A stretch of DNA of 64,000 nt from an uncultured Gemmatimonadales bacterium (GCA_963728915.1 CAVSLV010000001.1:1376001-1440000); one strand, 5' to 3'. Shown: positions 1 to 16,162, counted from the stretch's first letter. A program made the numbers and translations. The notes: generated by a model from the letters alone, not told the origin.

Positions 1-865
<865 letters not shown>

Positions 866-870
866 GGCGG

Positions 871-2967
871 TTATCCCTTTACTTTCGCGATGATCTGTTC
901 CGACACTGATTTCGGTACTTCTGCATAGTGATCGAACTGCATCGAGTACACCGCCCGCCCCTGGGTCATGCTCCGGAGCTGGGTCGAGTACCCGAACATT
1001 TCCGCTAACGGCACTTCGCCGGCGACGACCTGGGCATCCCCCCGCTGGGTCATGCCGCCGATCTTGCCCCGCCGGCTGGTGAGGTCGCCGATGACGTCTC
1101 CCAGGAATTCGGACGGCGTCACCACTTCCACCTCCATGATCGGCTCGAGCAGCACCGGGTGGGCCGCCCGGGCCGCCTCCTTGAACGCCATCGACCCCGC
1201 GATCTTGAAGGCCATTTCGGAGCTGTCCACGTCGTGGTAGCTGCCGAACACCAGGGAGACCTTCACGTCCACGACCGGGTACCCCGCCAGCACCCCGGTC
1301 TCCAGCGCTTCCTTGATCCCGGCTTCCACCGGTCGGATATATTCGCGCGGAATCACCCCGCCCACAATGTTGTCTTCGAACAGGAACCCGGCGCCCTGTT
1401 CGGCCGGCTCGAGGTCGATGACCACGTGCCCGTACTGGCCCCGGCCGCCCGACTGGCGGATGAACTTCCCTTCGACCTGGGTGACTTTCTTCCGGACGGT
1501 TTCGCGGTAGGCAACCTGGGGCCGACCGACGTTGGCTTCGACCTTGAATTCGCGCTTCATGCGGTCGACGATGATCTCGAGGTGGAGCTCGCCCATGCCG
1601 GCAATGATGGTCTGTCCGGTCTCCTGGTCGCTCCGGACCCGGAAGGTCGGATCCTCCTCGGCCAGCTTCTGGAGCGCGATGCCCAGCTTGTCCTGATCGG
1701 CCCGGGTCTTCGGCTCGATGGCGACGTCGATCACCGGGTTCGGGAATTTCATCGCCTCGAGGATGACCGGGTCGTTCTCGTCGGAGAGGGTATCTCCGGT
1801 CCGGGTTTCCTTGAGCCCGATCGCGGCGGCAATGTCTCCGGCGAGCACTTCCTCGATCTCGTCCCGCTTGTTGGCGTGCATCTGGAGCAACCGACCGATC
1901 CGCTCCCGCTTGTCCTTGGTGCTGTTGTAGACGTAGCTCCCCGACTTGATCGAGCCGGAATAGACCCGGAAATAGGTCAGCCGGCCGACGAAGGGATCGG
2001 TCGCGACCTTGAAGGCCAGCGCGGCGAACGGAGCCTCGTCCGAAGCCGGCCGGAGCACGTGGGTCTCGTCGTGGGTGGGGAGATGGCCCTGGACCGGCTT
2101 GATGTCGATGGGGCTGGGGAGATAGTCGACCACCGCGTCGATCAGGGCCTGTACGCCCTTGTTCTTGAAGGACGCGCCGCAAAGGACCGGCACGATCCCG
2201 CCGGCGCAGGTCGCCTTCCGGAGGGCGGTCTGGATTTCCTCGATGGAAAGCTCGGCGCCTCCCAGATACTTCTCCATCAGCTTGTCGTCGAATTCGACCG
2301 CGGCTTCGATCACTTCGTGGCGGGCCTTCTCGACCGCCTCCTTGAACTTGTCGGGCACCGGCATCTCGGTGAAGGTCTTGCCGAGGCTCACCTCGTCGAA
2401 GATGCGCTCGACCCGACGGAGCACGTCGATGTGGCCGGTGAAGAGCTCGCCCGATCCGACCGGAAGCTGAATGGCGTAGGCCCGCCGGGTGAGCCGCTCC
2501 CGGATCATCGTCATGCAGCGATCGAAGTCGGCCCCGACCCGGTCCATCTTGTTGGCGAAGATGATCCGGGGCACCCCGTATCGATCGGCCTGGCGCCACA
2601 CCGTCTCGGTCTGGGGCTCGACCCCAGCCACCGAGTCGAGCAGGGTGACCGCGCCGTCCAGCACGCGGAGGGAGCGCTCCACCTCCACGGTGAAATCCAC
2701 GTGGCCCGGGGTATCGATGATGTTGATCCGGTGCTCCACCCCATCCCGGGTCCAGAAGCAGGTGGTCGCCGCGGAGGTGATGGTGATGCCCCGCTCCTGT
2801 TCCTGTTCCATCCAGTCCATGGTGGCGGCGCCCTCATGGACCTCACCGATCTTGTAGGTCTTGCCGGTGTAATAGAGGATACGCTCGGTCGTAGTCGTCT
2901 TCCCGGCATCGATGTGGGCCATGATGCCGATGTTGCGATAGCGTTCGAGCGGAGTTTCGCGAGCCAT
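871..2967 (-). CDS. fusA: Elongation factor G
   Basis: [41 protein letters not shown] and NKMD motifs; start trimmed to the ATG at 2967. Confidence 0.98.
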   Translation of the reverse strand: MARETPLERYRNIGIMAHIDAGKTTTTERILYYTGKTYKIGEVHEGAATMDWMEQEQERGITITSAATTCFWTRDGVEHRINIIDTPGHVDFTVEVERSLRVLDGAVTLLDSVAGVEPQTETVWRQADRYGVPRIIFANKMDRVGADFDRCMTMIRERLTRRAYAIQLPVGSGELFTGHIDVLRRVERIFDEVSLGKTFTEMPVPDKFKEAVEKARHEVIEAAVEFDDKLMEKYLGGAELSIEEIQTALRKATCAGGIVPVLCGASFKNKGVQALIDAVVDYLPSPIDIKPVQGHLPTHDETHVLRPASDEAPFAALAFKVATDPFVGRLTYFRVYSGSIKSGSYVYNSTKDKRERIGRLLQMHANKRDEIEEVLAGDIAAAIGLKETRTGDTLSDENDPVILEAMKFPNPVIDVAIEPKTRADQDKLGIALQKLAEEDPTFRVRSDQETGQTIIAGMGELHLEIIVDRMKREFKVEANVGRPQVAYRETVRKKVTQVEGKFIRQSGGRGQYGHVVIDLEPAEQGAGFLFEDNIVGGVIPREYIRPVEAGIKEALETGVLAGYPVVDVKVSLVFGSYHDVDSSEMAFKIAGSMAFKEAARAAHPVLLEPIMEVEVVTPSEFLGDVIGDLTSRRGKIGGMTQRGDAQVVAGEVPLAEMFGYSTQLRSMTQGRAVYSMQFDHYAEVPKSVSEQIIAKVKG

Positions 2968-3173
2968 AGTCTGCATGGGTACGTTCAACGAAAAAGCGGG
3001 GCGACCGACCCGGATCATCCGGTGGTATCGCTCCGCGCACATCCCGGGCGATTTGCCCAGGGATGGAGATCTTCCTGGAAGATCTCACGCGTTGTCTTTG
3101 GAGGGCTGGAGGTGGTGCACGGCGCACCGCACATCACTCAGCCCGTTTTTCCCTACTCCCTAGCCCCCAGCCC

Positions 3174-3644
3174 CTACCATCGATAATGCGCGAAAGCCCG
3201 ATTCGCTTCCGCCATCCGGTGCGTGTCTTCCTTCTTCTTGATCGAGTTCCCCTCGCCCCGGGAGGCCAGAATCAGCTCCGCGGCCAACCGTTCCGCCATC
3301 GTCTTCTCGGTACGTCCGCGCGCGAAGGTGATGATCCATCGCATGGCGAGCGCGGTGCGCCGCTCCGGCCGCACTTCGACCGGGACCTGGAGCGAGGCAC
3401 CACCGACGCGGCGGCTCTTCACCTCGAGGGACGGCTTCACGTTCGCCACCGCCTGCTTGAACACCGTCACCCCCGGCTGACCGGTGCGCTCTTCGATCAG
3501 ATCCATCGCCTTGTAGAAGATCCCCTCGGAGAGCGACTTCTTGCCCTCGTACATCAGGTCATTGACGAACTTGGAGACCGTCTGGCTATCGTAGCGCGGA
3601 TCGGGCGGGACCGTCCGCTTCACCGTGTTGGTGCGCCGGCTCAC
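3174..3644 (-). CDS. rpsG: 30S ribosomal protein S7
   Basis: [16 protein letters not shown] and [15 protein letters not shown] motifs. Confidence 0.98.
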   Translation of the reverse strand: MSRRTNTVKRTVPPDPRYDSQTVSKFVNDLMYEGKKSLSEGIFYKAMDLIEERTGQPGVTVFKQAVANVKPSLEVKSRRVGGASLQVPVEVRPERRTALAMRWIITFARGRTEKTMAERLAAELILASRGEGNSIKKKEDTHRMAEANRAFAHYRW

Positions 3645-4030
3645 TTCTCACCCTTGCCTTCCTTGGGGGCCTTGGCGCCGTACTTCGAGCGGCTCTGCTT
3701 GCGGCCATTCACGCCGGCGGCATCGAGCGTCCCGCGCACGATGTGATAGCGCACGCCGGGGAGGTCCTTGACCCGCCCACCCCGGATCAGCACGATCGAG
3801 TGCTCCTGGAGGTTGTGCCCTTCTCCCGGGATGTAGGCAATGACTTCGAAGCCATTGGTGAGTCGGACCTTGGCCACCTTCCGAAGCGCCGAATTGGGCT
3901 TCTTGGGCGTCGTGGTATACACCCTGGTGCACACCCCCCGCCGAAACGGGTTCGACTTGAGGGCCGGTGATTTGTCTTTGCCGACCGGGATCTTGCGGCC
4001 CCGGCGGACCAACTGGTTGATCGTGGGCAT
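3641..4030 (-). CDS. rpsL: 30S ribosomal protein S12
   Basis: [22 protein letters not shown] and [12 protein letters not shown] motifs. Confidence 0.98.
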   Translation of the reverse strand: MPTINQLVRRGRKIPVGKDKSPALKSNPFRRGVCTRVYTTTPKKPNSALRKVAKVRLTNGFEVIAYIPGEGHNLQEHSIVLIRGGRVKDLPGVRYHIVRGTLDAAGVNGRKQSRSKYGAKAPKEGKGEK

Positions 4031-4095
4031 TGGGGCTCGGGCAGAACCTTTCCTAAACCGTGGGGCCAATTGCCCCGTTTTTGGCACAGACTCTT

Positions 4096-4124
4096 AAAAT
4101 AGAGGCACTTACGCGTCAGGTCAA
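4096..4124 (-). promoter_or_regulatory. Putative sigma70 promoter of the str operon
   Basis: Minus strand TTGACC-17 bp-TATTTT about 65 nt upstream of rpsL. Confidence 0.6.
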
Positions 4125-4127
4125 CGG

Positions 4128-4661
4128 CTACTCCTCCTCCCCACGCCGGGGGGAGATGCCAGGAGCCGTGTCGGTAAATAGCGGCGTCATTGGGCGTTTC
4201 CGGCCACTCCAATCCGGCCTTCGGGATCTCCGGACCGAGGTCCAACCCGCCAGGAGGGCGATCACGGTGAACAGAGCCAGGGGAACGCCCGCGAGCACCA
4301 CCCCGAGGTCGATCGAGTGACCCGGCACCGTGTTCCGGAGGGTCAGCCCGTCCCGGGCGAGCACCGGCAGACAGAGGAACGCGCCGGCGGCCAGGACCAG
4401 GTTCAGCCATCCCATGAGGCGGAGCCCTCGCCGGTCCTCGAGCCTGATGACCGCAGAGAACAAGAGGGCGTCGATCACAATCATCCACCCGGCGCGGCTG
4501 GCGAGGACATTCAAGAATCGGAAGCGCCAGGCGGCGGACCTTGGCTGGATCGGAACCTGACCCATACGGGCCAGCAACTCGAATCCCTGGTTGAAAACGA
4601 TCACGACTGCGGCCACATAGAGCAGCCTCACCAGCGGACGGATTCGCGCGTCGGAAAGCAT
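4128..4661 (-). CDS. Hypothetical membrane protein (about 4 TM helices)
   Basis: 177-aa ORF with four hydrophobic segments; fills the gap upstream of rpsL. Confidence 0.7.
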   Translation of the reverse strand: MLSDARIRPLVRLLYVAAVVIVFNQGFELLARMGQVPIQPRSAAWRFRFLNVLASRAGWMIVIDALLFSAVIRLEDRRGLRLMGWLNLVLAAGAFLCLPVLARDGLTLRNTVPGHSIDLGVVLAGVPLALFTVIALLAGWTSVRRSRRPDWSGRKRPMTPLFTDTAPGISPRRGEEE

Positions 4662-4733
4662 TCCTGGCTCGGGGGTTTGAGAATGAGACGAGCTAATCTA
4701 ACTTTTCCTGGCGTTTCATTGGGTTGGAGTCAC

Positions 4734-6890
4734 ATGGGTCTTCGCATTGTTCGGGCTGCCGCCCTGCTCGCTCTGGTTGCCGCAACATCCCACTGCGGAG
4801 GAGGACCCACCGGACCAAGCGAGCCAACCACGTTGGAATTCGTCAGCGGTTCAGACCAGCAGGGCCAGGTTGGCGCGGCCCTCGGTACCAAGATCATCGT
4901 CAAAGCCACCAATTCCAAAGGACCCGTCGCCGGAGTGACCATCACCATGGCGACCGAAAGCCCGGGAGGCGGCTCGGTTTCGCCTCATTCCGGAACGACC
5001 GCCCAGGATGGCACCGCGCAATTCACCTGGAGTCTGGGCAGCAAGGTCGGTACCCAGATCCTCACCGCCAGCTATACCGGCACCACGTCGGTCATCTCGA
5101 CATTGACCGCGGTCGCCACCGCCGGCGCCGCAGCCGCGGTCCTCGGTACCACCGATCAGTTCCAGCTCGTGGTCGTTGGCCATGCCGTCACCGTCCTTCC
5201 GGCCGTTCAGGTCACCGATGGGCTCGGAAACCCGATCGCGGGCGTTCCAGTCACCTTTGAAGCCCTGGTGGCCGGGTCCACGCTGGCTGGGACGTCGCAA
5301 ACCTCCAACGCCCAGGGCATGGCCACCCTGGGTGGATGGACCATTGGAAACGAGGCACAGAGCTACACGGTGCGGGCCTCGATTCCCGGTAGCGCCTCGG
5401 CGCAATTCGAGGCGCGGGGCATCCCCGCATTGCTCTCGGTTGTCGAGGGCGGGGGCCAGAGCACCAATGCCGGCACCGCCGTCCCGGTCCTCCCGTCGGT
5501 CAAAGCCACGCGGGATGACGGAACTCCGCTAGCGAACGTCCCGGTGGATTTCATCGTGCTTTCGGGCGGCGGTTCGGTGAGCGGAGGCGCGGCTTCAACC
5601 GGCACAGACGGAATTGCCCGCCCCACCCGGTGGGTGCTCGGCGCGAACCCGGGAGCCAATCGGCTCCAGGCAATCGCCCAGGGCCGCCCCGCCGTTGCGT
5701 TCGATGCCACCGGTGTTCTCGCGACCCCGGCGCAGATTGTCGCCGGGGGCGGCGCGCTTTCAGGGTTCTTCGGGAATTATCTCGCCTCGAATCCCCAGGT
5801 GACGGTGCTGGATGCGCAGGGCAATCCGGTCGCGGGCACCGCGGTGACTTTTCAGGTCACCGATGGCGGCGGCCGGGTCACCCAGCCCGCCGGAACCACC
5901 GACTACCTGGGACGCGCCGGGACCAGCAGCTGGCGGCTCGGAACCGCGGGAGCCCAGACGGTCTCGGCTACGATCGGCGCGCTGGCGCCGGTCTCCTTCA
6001 CCGCGCAGGCGAGCACTCCCCCGGCCTCCACCTTCAAGCTCGAAGTGCGCTACGCGGTGGGCACCACCCCGAATGCCGCGCAACAAGCGGCGTTCGATGC
6101 GGCGGTGGCCCGGTGGAAGACCCTGGTCCTGTCCGGGGCGCCGCCCTATCAGGTCGTTCCCGACGACCTCGATCCCACGGGGGAGTGTCCCTCGATGCTC
6201 AACGAAACGGTCGATGGAACCGTGGTCTACGTCCGGATCCAGAACCTCGGCAACGCGAATATCCTGGGAGCGACCGGGCTCTGCGTGATCCGCGACCAGG
6301 GATTCCTGCCGGTCCAGGCGATCATGTATCTCAATTCCACCGCGGTCGCGAACCTCGAGACGAATGGCCTCCTGGCCCCGGTCGTTCTCCACGAGATCGC
6401 ACACGCGCTCGGCTACGGAACCCTGTGGAGCGTCAGTGTTCCGGGGCTGGGCTCGATCCAGCTCATTCAAGGCGGCGGGAACTGCTCTTCTCCGGCCACC
6501 AATCCCACCTTCAGCGGGCCTTCGGCGATCAGCGCCTTCTACGGGTCCGTCGCGCCTGGATCGGCGTTCACCGGTACACCGGTCCCGATCGAGAACAGCG
6601 GCGGTTGCGGTACCGCGTATTCGCACTGGCGGAAGACCACCTTCGGCCCCGAGCTTCTGACCGGATACCTGACGAGCGGCGTGGTGGCTCCCCTCTCCGC
6701 CATCACGATTCGCTCGATCGCTGATCTCGGTTATGTGGTCAACGATGCCATGGCGGACAGCTATTCGTTCCAGGCCTTCGTGCAGGAAATCACGGCAGCC
6801 CAGCTTCAGCTCATCGAGCTGCCCTGGCAGGGCACGACCCGGGTAATCGATCGGACTGGCCGCACCGTGGCCAGGATTCCCTTCAAGTAG
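4734..6890 (+). CDS. Lipoprotein with Ig-like (Big_1-type) repeats and a C-terminal leishmanolysin/M8-like zinc metallopeptidase
   Basis: Signal peptide ending VAATSH-C; repeated 'V..TD..GNP.AGV.VTF' Ig-like units; HEIAHALG zinc motif, downstream SHW and a Met-turn-like ELLTG. Confidence 0.85.
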   Translation: MGLRIVRAAALLALVAATSHCGGGPTGPSEPTTLEFVSGSDQQGQVGAALGTKIIVKATNSKGPVAGVTITMATESPGGGSVSPHSGTTAQDGTAQFTWSLGSKVGTQILTASYTGTTSVISTLTAVATAGAAAAVLGTTDQFQLVVVGHAVTVLPAVQVTDGLGNPIAGVPVTFEALVAGSTLAGTSQTSNAQGMATLGGWTIGNEAQSYTVRASIPGSASAQFEARGIPALLSVVEGGGQSTNAGTAVPVLPSVKATRDDGTPLANVPVDFIVLSGGGSVSGGAASTGTDGIARPTRWVLGANPGANRLQAIAQGRPAVAFDATGVLATPAQIVAGGGALSGFFGNYLASNPQVTVLDAQGNPVAGTAVTFQVTDGGGRVTQPAGTTDYLGRAGTSSWRLGTAGAQTVSATIGALAPVSFTAQASTPPASTFKLEVRYAVGTTPNAAQQAAFDAAVARWKTLVLSGAPPYQVVPDDLDPTGECPSMLNETVDGTVVYVRIQNLGNANILGATGLCVIRDQGFLPVQAIMYLNSTAVANLETNGLLAPVVLHEIAHALGYGTLWSVSVPGLGSIQLIQGGGNCSSPATNPTFSGPSAISAFYGSVAPGSAFTGTPVPIENSGGCGTAYSHWRKTTFGPELLTGYLTSGVVAPLSAITIRSIADLGYVVNDAMADSYSFQAFVQEITAAQLQLIELPWQGTTRVIDRTGRTVARIPFK

Positions 6891-6897
6891 TGATCTG

Positions 6898-9036
6898 ATG
6901 CACGGAGTCCGCATTCCTTTCGCCGGAGGCCTGTTGCTCTCCGGTCTGTTCGCCGCGTTCGTCGCCGGGTGTGAGCCGGCGGTGACGACTCCTTCCGAAC
7001 CGACCGTCCTGGAATTCACCGCCGGTGCGAATCAGTCGGGGCCGGTGGGAGCACCTTTGCCGGTCAGGATCGTGGTGCGGGCGGCGAACCCGCTGGGTGG
7101 CATGGCGAACGTCACGATTTCCATCACGCCGGGCGGCGAGAGTGGAACGGTGCCATCGGGAACGGTCACGACCGGGTCCAACGGAACCGCGGAGTTTATC
7201 TGGACCCTGGGCACGAAGGCCGGGCTTCAGACCTTGAGCGCCAGCGCCGGGGCCAGGCGGCCGGTCACCGCTTCGACCTCGGCGACCGCCACCGCAGGAC
7301 CTGCCAGCGCGATCAAGCAAGTGAGTGACTCGTCGCAGCCGATCGTGGTGGGTCATGCGGCGGTGACTCGACCCGTCGTCCGGGTAACCGATAGTTACGG
7401 CAATCCGGTGCCGAACGCCGCGGTGAATTTCCAGGCCGATCAGGGAGCCTCGACGCTCAGCGGCACGAGCCAGCTCACCGATCCCGATGGAGAAGCCACC
7501 CTCGGCTCCTGGACCATCGGGCTGGACGCGGGACCGTATGCCATCCGGGCGTACCTCCTGAACGGGACCTCGGCGGTCTTTGCCGCCACCGGAATCCCGG
7601 CATCCTTGATGGCCGTGGAGGGCCTGGGGCAAACCGCAAACGTCGGCACGGCGCTTCCTGTTGCTCCCGCAGTTCGCGCCGGGCGGGATGACGGCTCCCC
7701 ACTCCCCAATGTGCCGGTCGACTTCGGCGTGATCGGCGGCGGGGGCTCGGTCGATGGCGGCGCCGCGGTGACCGGAGGAGACGGCATCGCGAGGCCGACC
7801 CGCTGGATCATCGGACCGGTCGCGGGAAACAACCGGGTCCAGGCAACCACGCTGGGACGGACTCCCGTGACGTTCGATGCGACCGGCGTCCCCGGCGCGG
7901 CGACGGCCATGGCGCTGAGCGGAGGATCCGCGCTGGTGGGATACTTCGACAACTTCCTGCCCGGTGTCCCCGAGGTCATCGCGACGGACGTGCACGGCAA
8001 CCCCGTCGCATTGGTCCCGGTCACCTTTCAGGTGACTTCGGGCGGCGGCGTGCTCACTGGAGCCGCAACCGAGACCGACTATCTGGGTCGGGCCCATCCG
8101 AGCAGCTGGCGGCTTGGATCGTCGGGTCTCCAGAGTATCACGGCGACCTCGACCGGTTTCCAGCCGATCTCGTTCACCGCGGAGGCCTCCGCTGCCCCGG
8201 CGAGCACGTTCCATATCGAGGTGAGATACGAGGCGGGGACCAACCCCACCGAGGCCCAGCGCGCGGCGTTCGACGCGGCGATCGCACGATGGACCAGCAT
8301 CGTCGTCGCTGGCGGGCCGCCTTACCAGATCCACGAGAGCGCGGGCTGCGGCAACATGATGGGCGAGACCATCGACGGGGTGGTGATCACGGTCGCACTT
8401 CGCCCACTCCAGGGAAATATCCTGGGCAGCGCCGGGCCCTGTATCGTGCGGGACCAGAGCTATCTCCCGGTCCAGGGCTACATGGAGCTCAACACGAATT
8501 TCCTTGCCCAGCTCGAGCAGAACGGCCAGCTCCAGGCGGTGGTGCTGCATGAGATGATGCACGTGCTGGGCTTCGGCACCCTGTGGAATTACAGCGGACT
8601 GCCAGGCCAGCCGTCGAATCATTTCCTCGACGGAAGCCCCGGTACCGACCCGACGTTCAGCGGTCCCGCCGCGCGCGCCGCATTCTACGGTGCGATGGGG
8701 GTAGGCACCTTCAGCGGAACTCCCATCCCGGTCGAAGGACTGCCGTACGGAGCCGGCACGGCCTATTCGCACTGGCGGAAGACGACGTTCGGGAACGAGC
8801 TGATGACCGGGTTCCTCACGGCGGGAGCGGTCACGCCGTTGAGCGCCGTGTCGGTGGAATCGTTACGCGATCTGGGCTACCGGGTCAACGACACCTTGTC
8901 GGATGCGTTCTCGTTCCAGGCCTTCGTCCAGTCCTATGGACAGCCAGTCCTGGAGATGCGCGAGGGCGTGCTCTCCGGCGACATCGTGGTGATCAACCGG
9001 CAGGGGAGACAGGTCGGCAGGATTCCGAGACAGTAG
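6898..9036 (+). CDS. Paralogous Ig-like/leishmanolysin-like metallopeptidase lipoprotein
   Basis: Lipobox FVAG-C; HEMMHVLG, SHW and ELMTG; collinear with the upstream paralog. Confidence 0.85.
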   Translation: MHGVRIPFAGGLLLSGLFAAFVAGCEPAVTTPSEPTVLEFTAGANQSGPVGAPLPVRIVVRAANPLGGMANVTISITPGGESGTVPSGTVTTGSNGTAEFIWTLGTKAGLQTLSASAGARRPVTASTSATATAGPASAIKQVSDSSQPIVVGHAAVTRPVVRVTDSYGNPVPNAAVNFQADQGASTLSGTSQLTDPDGEATLGSWTIGLDAGPYAIRAYLLNGTSAVFAATGIPASLMAVEGLGQTANVGTALPVAPAVRAGRDDGSPLPNVPVDFGVIGGGGSVDGGAAVTGGDGIARPTRWIIGPVAGNNRVQATTLGRTPVTFDATGVPGAATAMALSGGSALVGYFDNFLPGVPEVIATDVHGNPVALVPVTFQVTSGGGVLTGAATETDYLGRAHPSSWRLGSSGLQSITATSTGFQPISFTAEASAAPASTFHIEVRYEAGTNPTEAQRAAFDAAIARWTSIVVAGGPPYQIHESAGCGNMMGETIDGVVITVALRPLQGNILGSAGPCIVRDQSYLPVQGYMELNTNFLAQLEQNGQLQAVVLHEMMHVLGFGTLWNYSGLPGQPSNHFLDGSPGTDPTFSGPAARAAFYGAMGVGTFSGTPIPVEGLPYGAGTAYSHWRKTTFGNELMTGFLTAGAVTPLSAVSVESLRDLGYRVNDTLSDAFSFQAFVQSYGQPVLEMREGVLSGDIVVINRQGRQVGRIPRQ

Positions 9037-9063
9037 ATCCGAGAGGGGTTCGAGGTGCTGAGC

Positions 9064-9091
9064 GGCGAGGGGCGAGGGGCGAGGGGCGAGG
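9064..9091 (+). repeat. 7-nt tandem repeat (GGCGAGG)x4 between convergent genes
   Basis: Units start at 9064, 9071, 9078 and 9085. Confidence 0.9.
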
Positions 9092-9096
9092 AGCTT

Positions 9097-9522
9097 CTAC
9101 TGCCGGAACCAGAGCCCGATGACAGCACCGAGCACCACAGCCCAGGCGGCGATGAACCAGCGGGTTTGCTCGCCCAGCCGACGTTCGAGCTTCGCCTCGA
9201 GCCGCGACTCGAGCTGATCGATTCGTGAGGCCAACTCGGCGGTCCGCAGTTCGATCTTTGCATCCAGGGCGGCTGTCCGTTGCTCGAGCTTCGCCTCGAA
9301 CCGCGAGGCCAACTCGGCGGTCCGCAGTTCGATCTTTGCATCCAGGGCGGCTGTCCGTTGCTCGAGCTTCGCATCAAACCGGGCGAAGTTCAGCTCGTTG
9401 AGCTCGCGCAGATCCGCCCGGTAGGTTGCGTCCACCGCATTCAGCCAGTCCACGAGTTCATTGACGATTTCATCGCCCAGGCGCTCATAGACGAGCCGGG
9501 ACAGCCGGGCGGTGACTGGCAT
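9097..9522 (-). CDS. DUF1640/CCDC90-like coiled-coil protein with a C-terminal TM anchor
   Basis: MPVTARLSRLVYERLGDE head, repeated coiled-coil segments, hydrophobic C-terminal helix. Confidence 0.75.
   Translation of the reverse strand: MPVTARLSRLVYERLGDEIVNELVDWLNAVDATYRADLRELNELNFARFDAKLEQRTAALDAKIELRTAELASRFEAKLEQRTAALDAKIELRTAELASRIDQLESRLEAKLERRLGEQTRWFIAAWAVVLGAVIGLWFRQ
9227..9372. repeat. 78-bp intragenic tandem duplication (26 aa)
   Basis: gaggccaactcggcggtccgcagttcgatc... starts at both 9227 and 9305. Confidence 0.9.
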
Positions 9523-9615
9523 GGCGGAGCCCTCGCGGAAGATCCGCTGCCAACTTACAACCTATCGTACTGGAGCTAATAACCCAAAGAACGCGGTTCG
9601 GAGGGACCGGAAGGA

Positions 9616-10688
9616 TTATCGCCTTTCCCAGATCACCACGAACGGTCCCGGCTGGCGCTGAGCGTTGATCCTGCCGCCACCCGCCCCAAGCCCGGCCGAA
9701 GGATCACGGGTTACGGACCTCTGCCCCTTGAAGTGTTCCGGCGGCTTCTTGAACCCAATGCACCACACCCTCATCAGATCAACAAGCGTGCGAGTCACAT
9801 CTCGGCAGATGTCATCGCCGAACTCGATCAGCTCGACTTCGGACGCCCGCCACGAGCACAGGTCATTCACCGACCGTCCCTCAAGAATGAACGTCCCGTT
9901 CAGAATGATCGTCAGACTGTCTTCTCGACCCCGCTTCACGGCGGCAGCGACCTGGCTCACCTCGCAAAGAGGCAGGGACTCGTAGCGCTTGAGTTGGCCG
10001 GCGCTGAGCCGATCATCTGGCAGGTTGGCGACAAGACGGCGGCCGAGATCGTGAATCGCGACCTCATCCGCACGCGACGGGAGCTCACGAGATGGGCGAA
10101 GCCGGACGGCGACCTCCACCCCCTCGTCCTTGTTGACCTCGACAAAAAGGCGTTCATCGGAATAGCCCGGATGGACGATACGGACCACGTACTGGCCTCG
10201 GACCGCATGCGAGAACGCGAAGTGACCGCTGAAGTCGGTGACTGCTTCTCCCCCACCCCTTCCGGCGACCTGGACGCTGACTCCCGCGAGTGGTTGGTAA
10301 CTGGTATCTCCCACCGTGCCGTAGATCCCCGACCGGCGTACCTCGGTATACAGCGTGGGCAGCTGCTGGGTGGCGGGATGCAGAACGTAGTTGTAGTGCC
10401 ACACGCCGGTCCGCACGACTACGGGTTGGCGCAGCGGCGAATACCCCACCAGCCGGATCGTGATCAACTGATTCCCTACCGGGAGGCTGTCCAGCGAAAA
10501 CCTCCCTGCGAGGTCGTCGTGACAGTCCTGTTCTCTACGGTGACCTGGGCTCCGGTGAGTGGGACGCCGATGGTATCCCGCACAGTTCCCGTTACGGACC
10601 CGACGGCTTGTGCCCCAAGCGAACGAGCCGTCAAGGCGATCAAGCAGACCTTGTACGCTCGGGCGGTCCTTGCTCCTGCATGCGGCAT
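9616..10688 (-). pseudogene. Carboxypeptidase-regulatory-like domain protein, frameshifted near 10494
   Basis: ORFs 10476-10688 (GSVTGTVRDTIGVPLTGAQVTV) and 9616-10467 join as GGFR-LDSLPVGNQLITIR if one base is added. Confidence 0.65.
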
Positions 10689-10733
10689 CCTGGATAGATA
10701 GTCAGATCCGGGCCGGGGCCCTACTTTTCACGG

Positions 10734-10964
10734 ATGCGCGATACCTCTTCCGATGCGCAGCAGATTTCGTTGACCGCAATCCGCCGCCGTCCTCCCATCG
10801 AGCGGATGCAGGAGGCGCTCGAGCTGAGCGAGACCCTGCGCACGCTGGCCCTGGCGCGCTGGCGGCGGGCGTATCCGGCAGACTCGACAATCGCCCTGGT
10901 CGAGCGACTGACCGGCGAATCGCTGCGGCTCGCGGTCCGCACCGGCCCAACAACACTCCGGTGA
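10734..10964 (+). CDS. Small helical protein, putative antitoxin or partner of the downstream nucleotidyltransferase
   Basis: 76 aa, MRDTS..AQ...IRRRPPIERMQEALELSE; GTGA overlap with the next gene. Confidence 0.7.
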   Translation: MRDTSSDAQQISLTAIRRRPPIERMQEALELSETLRTLALARWRRAYPADSTIALVERLTGESLRLAVRTGPTTLR

Positions 10965-11515
10965 GCCTGGAGCGGCTGGTTCGGGCGCTGGCCGAGGCCA
11001 TGAACGCCAACGGCATCCCGTTCATGCTCACCGGATCGGTCGCGGCCGCCTTTCGCGGGGCGAGCCGGGCCACAATGGATGTCGACCTGGTCATCGATCC
11101 GACCGGCCCCGCACTCGAGGCACTCATCCGTCGGATCGAGGCACTCGGGCTCTACATCTCGGCTGATGCCGCGCGCGAAGCGTTGGCGCGGCACGGGATG
11201 TTCAATGTGGTGGATCCCGACACGGGCTGGAAAGCCGACCTGATCATTCGCAAGCGGCGCCCGTTTTCCGAGACCGAGTTCTCGCGCCGGGAGGAGGCCG
11301 ATTTCCTTGGCGTTCCCGTCGCAGTGGCTAGACTCGAGGATGTCATTCTGTCGAAACTGGAGTGGGCACACCTCGGCGGGTCCGCACGACAGGTCGAAGA
11401 CGTCCGCGGGCTCATTCGGGTGGCCGGAGACGAGCTGGATCGGCTGTACCTGGAAGGGTGGATCGATCAACTCGGGGTACGCTCGGAGTGGGAGTTGGCA
11501 GCCAGGACGTCTTGA
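10961..11515 (+). CDS. Pol-beta superfamily nucleotidyltransferase (DUF6036/AbiEii-like)
   Basis: GS...R.T.DVD signature (LTGSVAAAFRGASRATMDVDLV) and EDVILSKL motif. Confidence 0.8.
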   Translation: MSLERLVRALAEAMNANGIPFMLTGSVAAAFRGASRATMDVDLVIDPTGPALEALIRRIEALGLYISADAAREALARHGMFNVVDPDTGWKADLIIRKRRPFSETEFSRREEADFLGVPVAVARLEDVILSKLEWAHLGGSARQVEDVRGLIRVAGDELDRLYLEGWIDQLGVRSEWELAARTS

Positions 11516-11527
11516 TTTCACACAACG

Positions 11528-11557
11528 AAAACCGCCCGGGATGATCCCGGGCGGTTC
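11528..11557 (-). terminator. Rho-independent terminator after rpoC
   Basis: Minus strand AACCGCCCGGG-ATCAT-CCCGGGCGGTT followed by a T tract. Confidence 0.8.
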
Positions 11558-11580
11558 CCACAGCTTGACAAATTGAGCTC

Positions 11581-16155
<4,575 letters not shown>

Positions 16156-16162
16156 GTATGCC

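Noticed and set aside
4317..4733. N-terminal extensions of ORF-track calls (also fusA, rpsL, rplA, secE and 62643-63287)
   Set aside because: They overlap neighbouring genes; downstream starts match family N-termini or signal peptides
9227..9372. Direct repeats as a possible CRISPR array
   Set aside because: Only two adjacent in-frame coding units, no spacers, and no cas genes in the window
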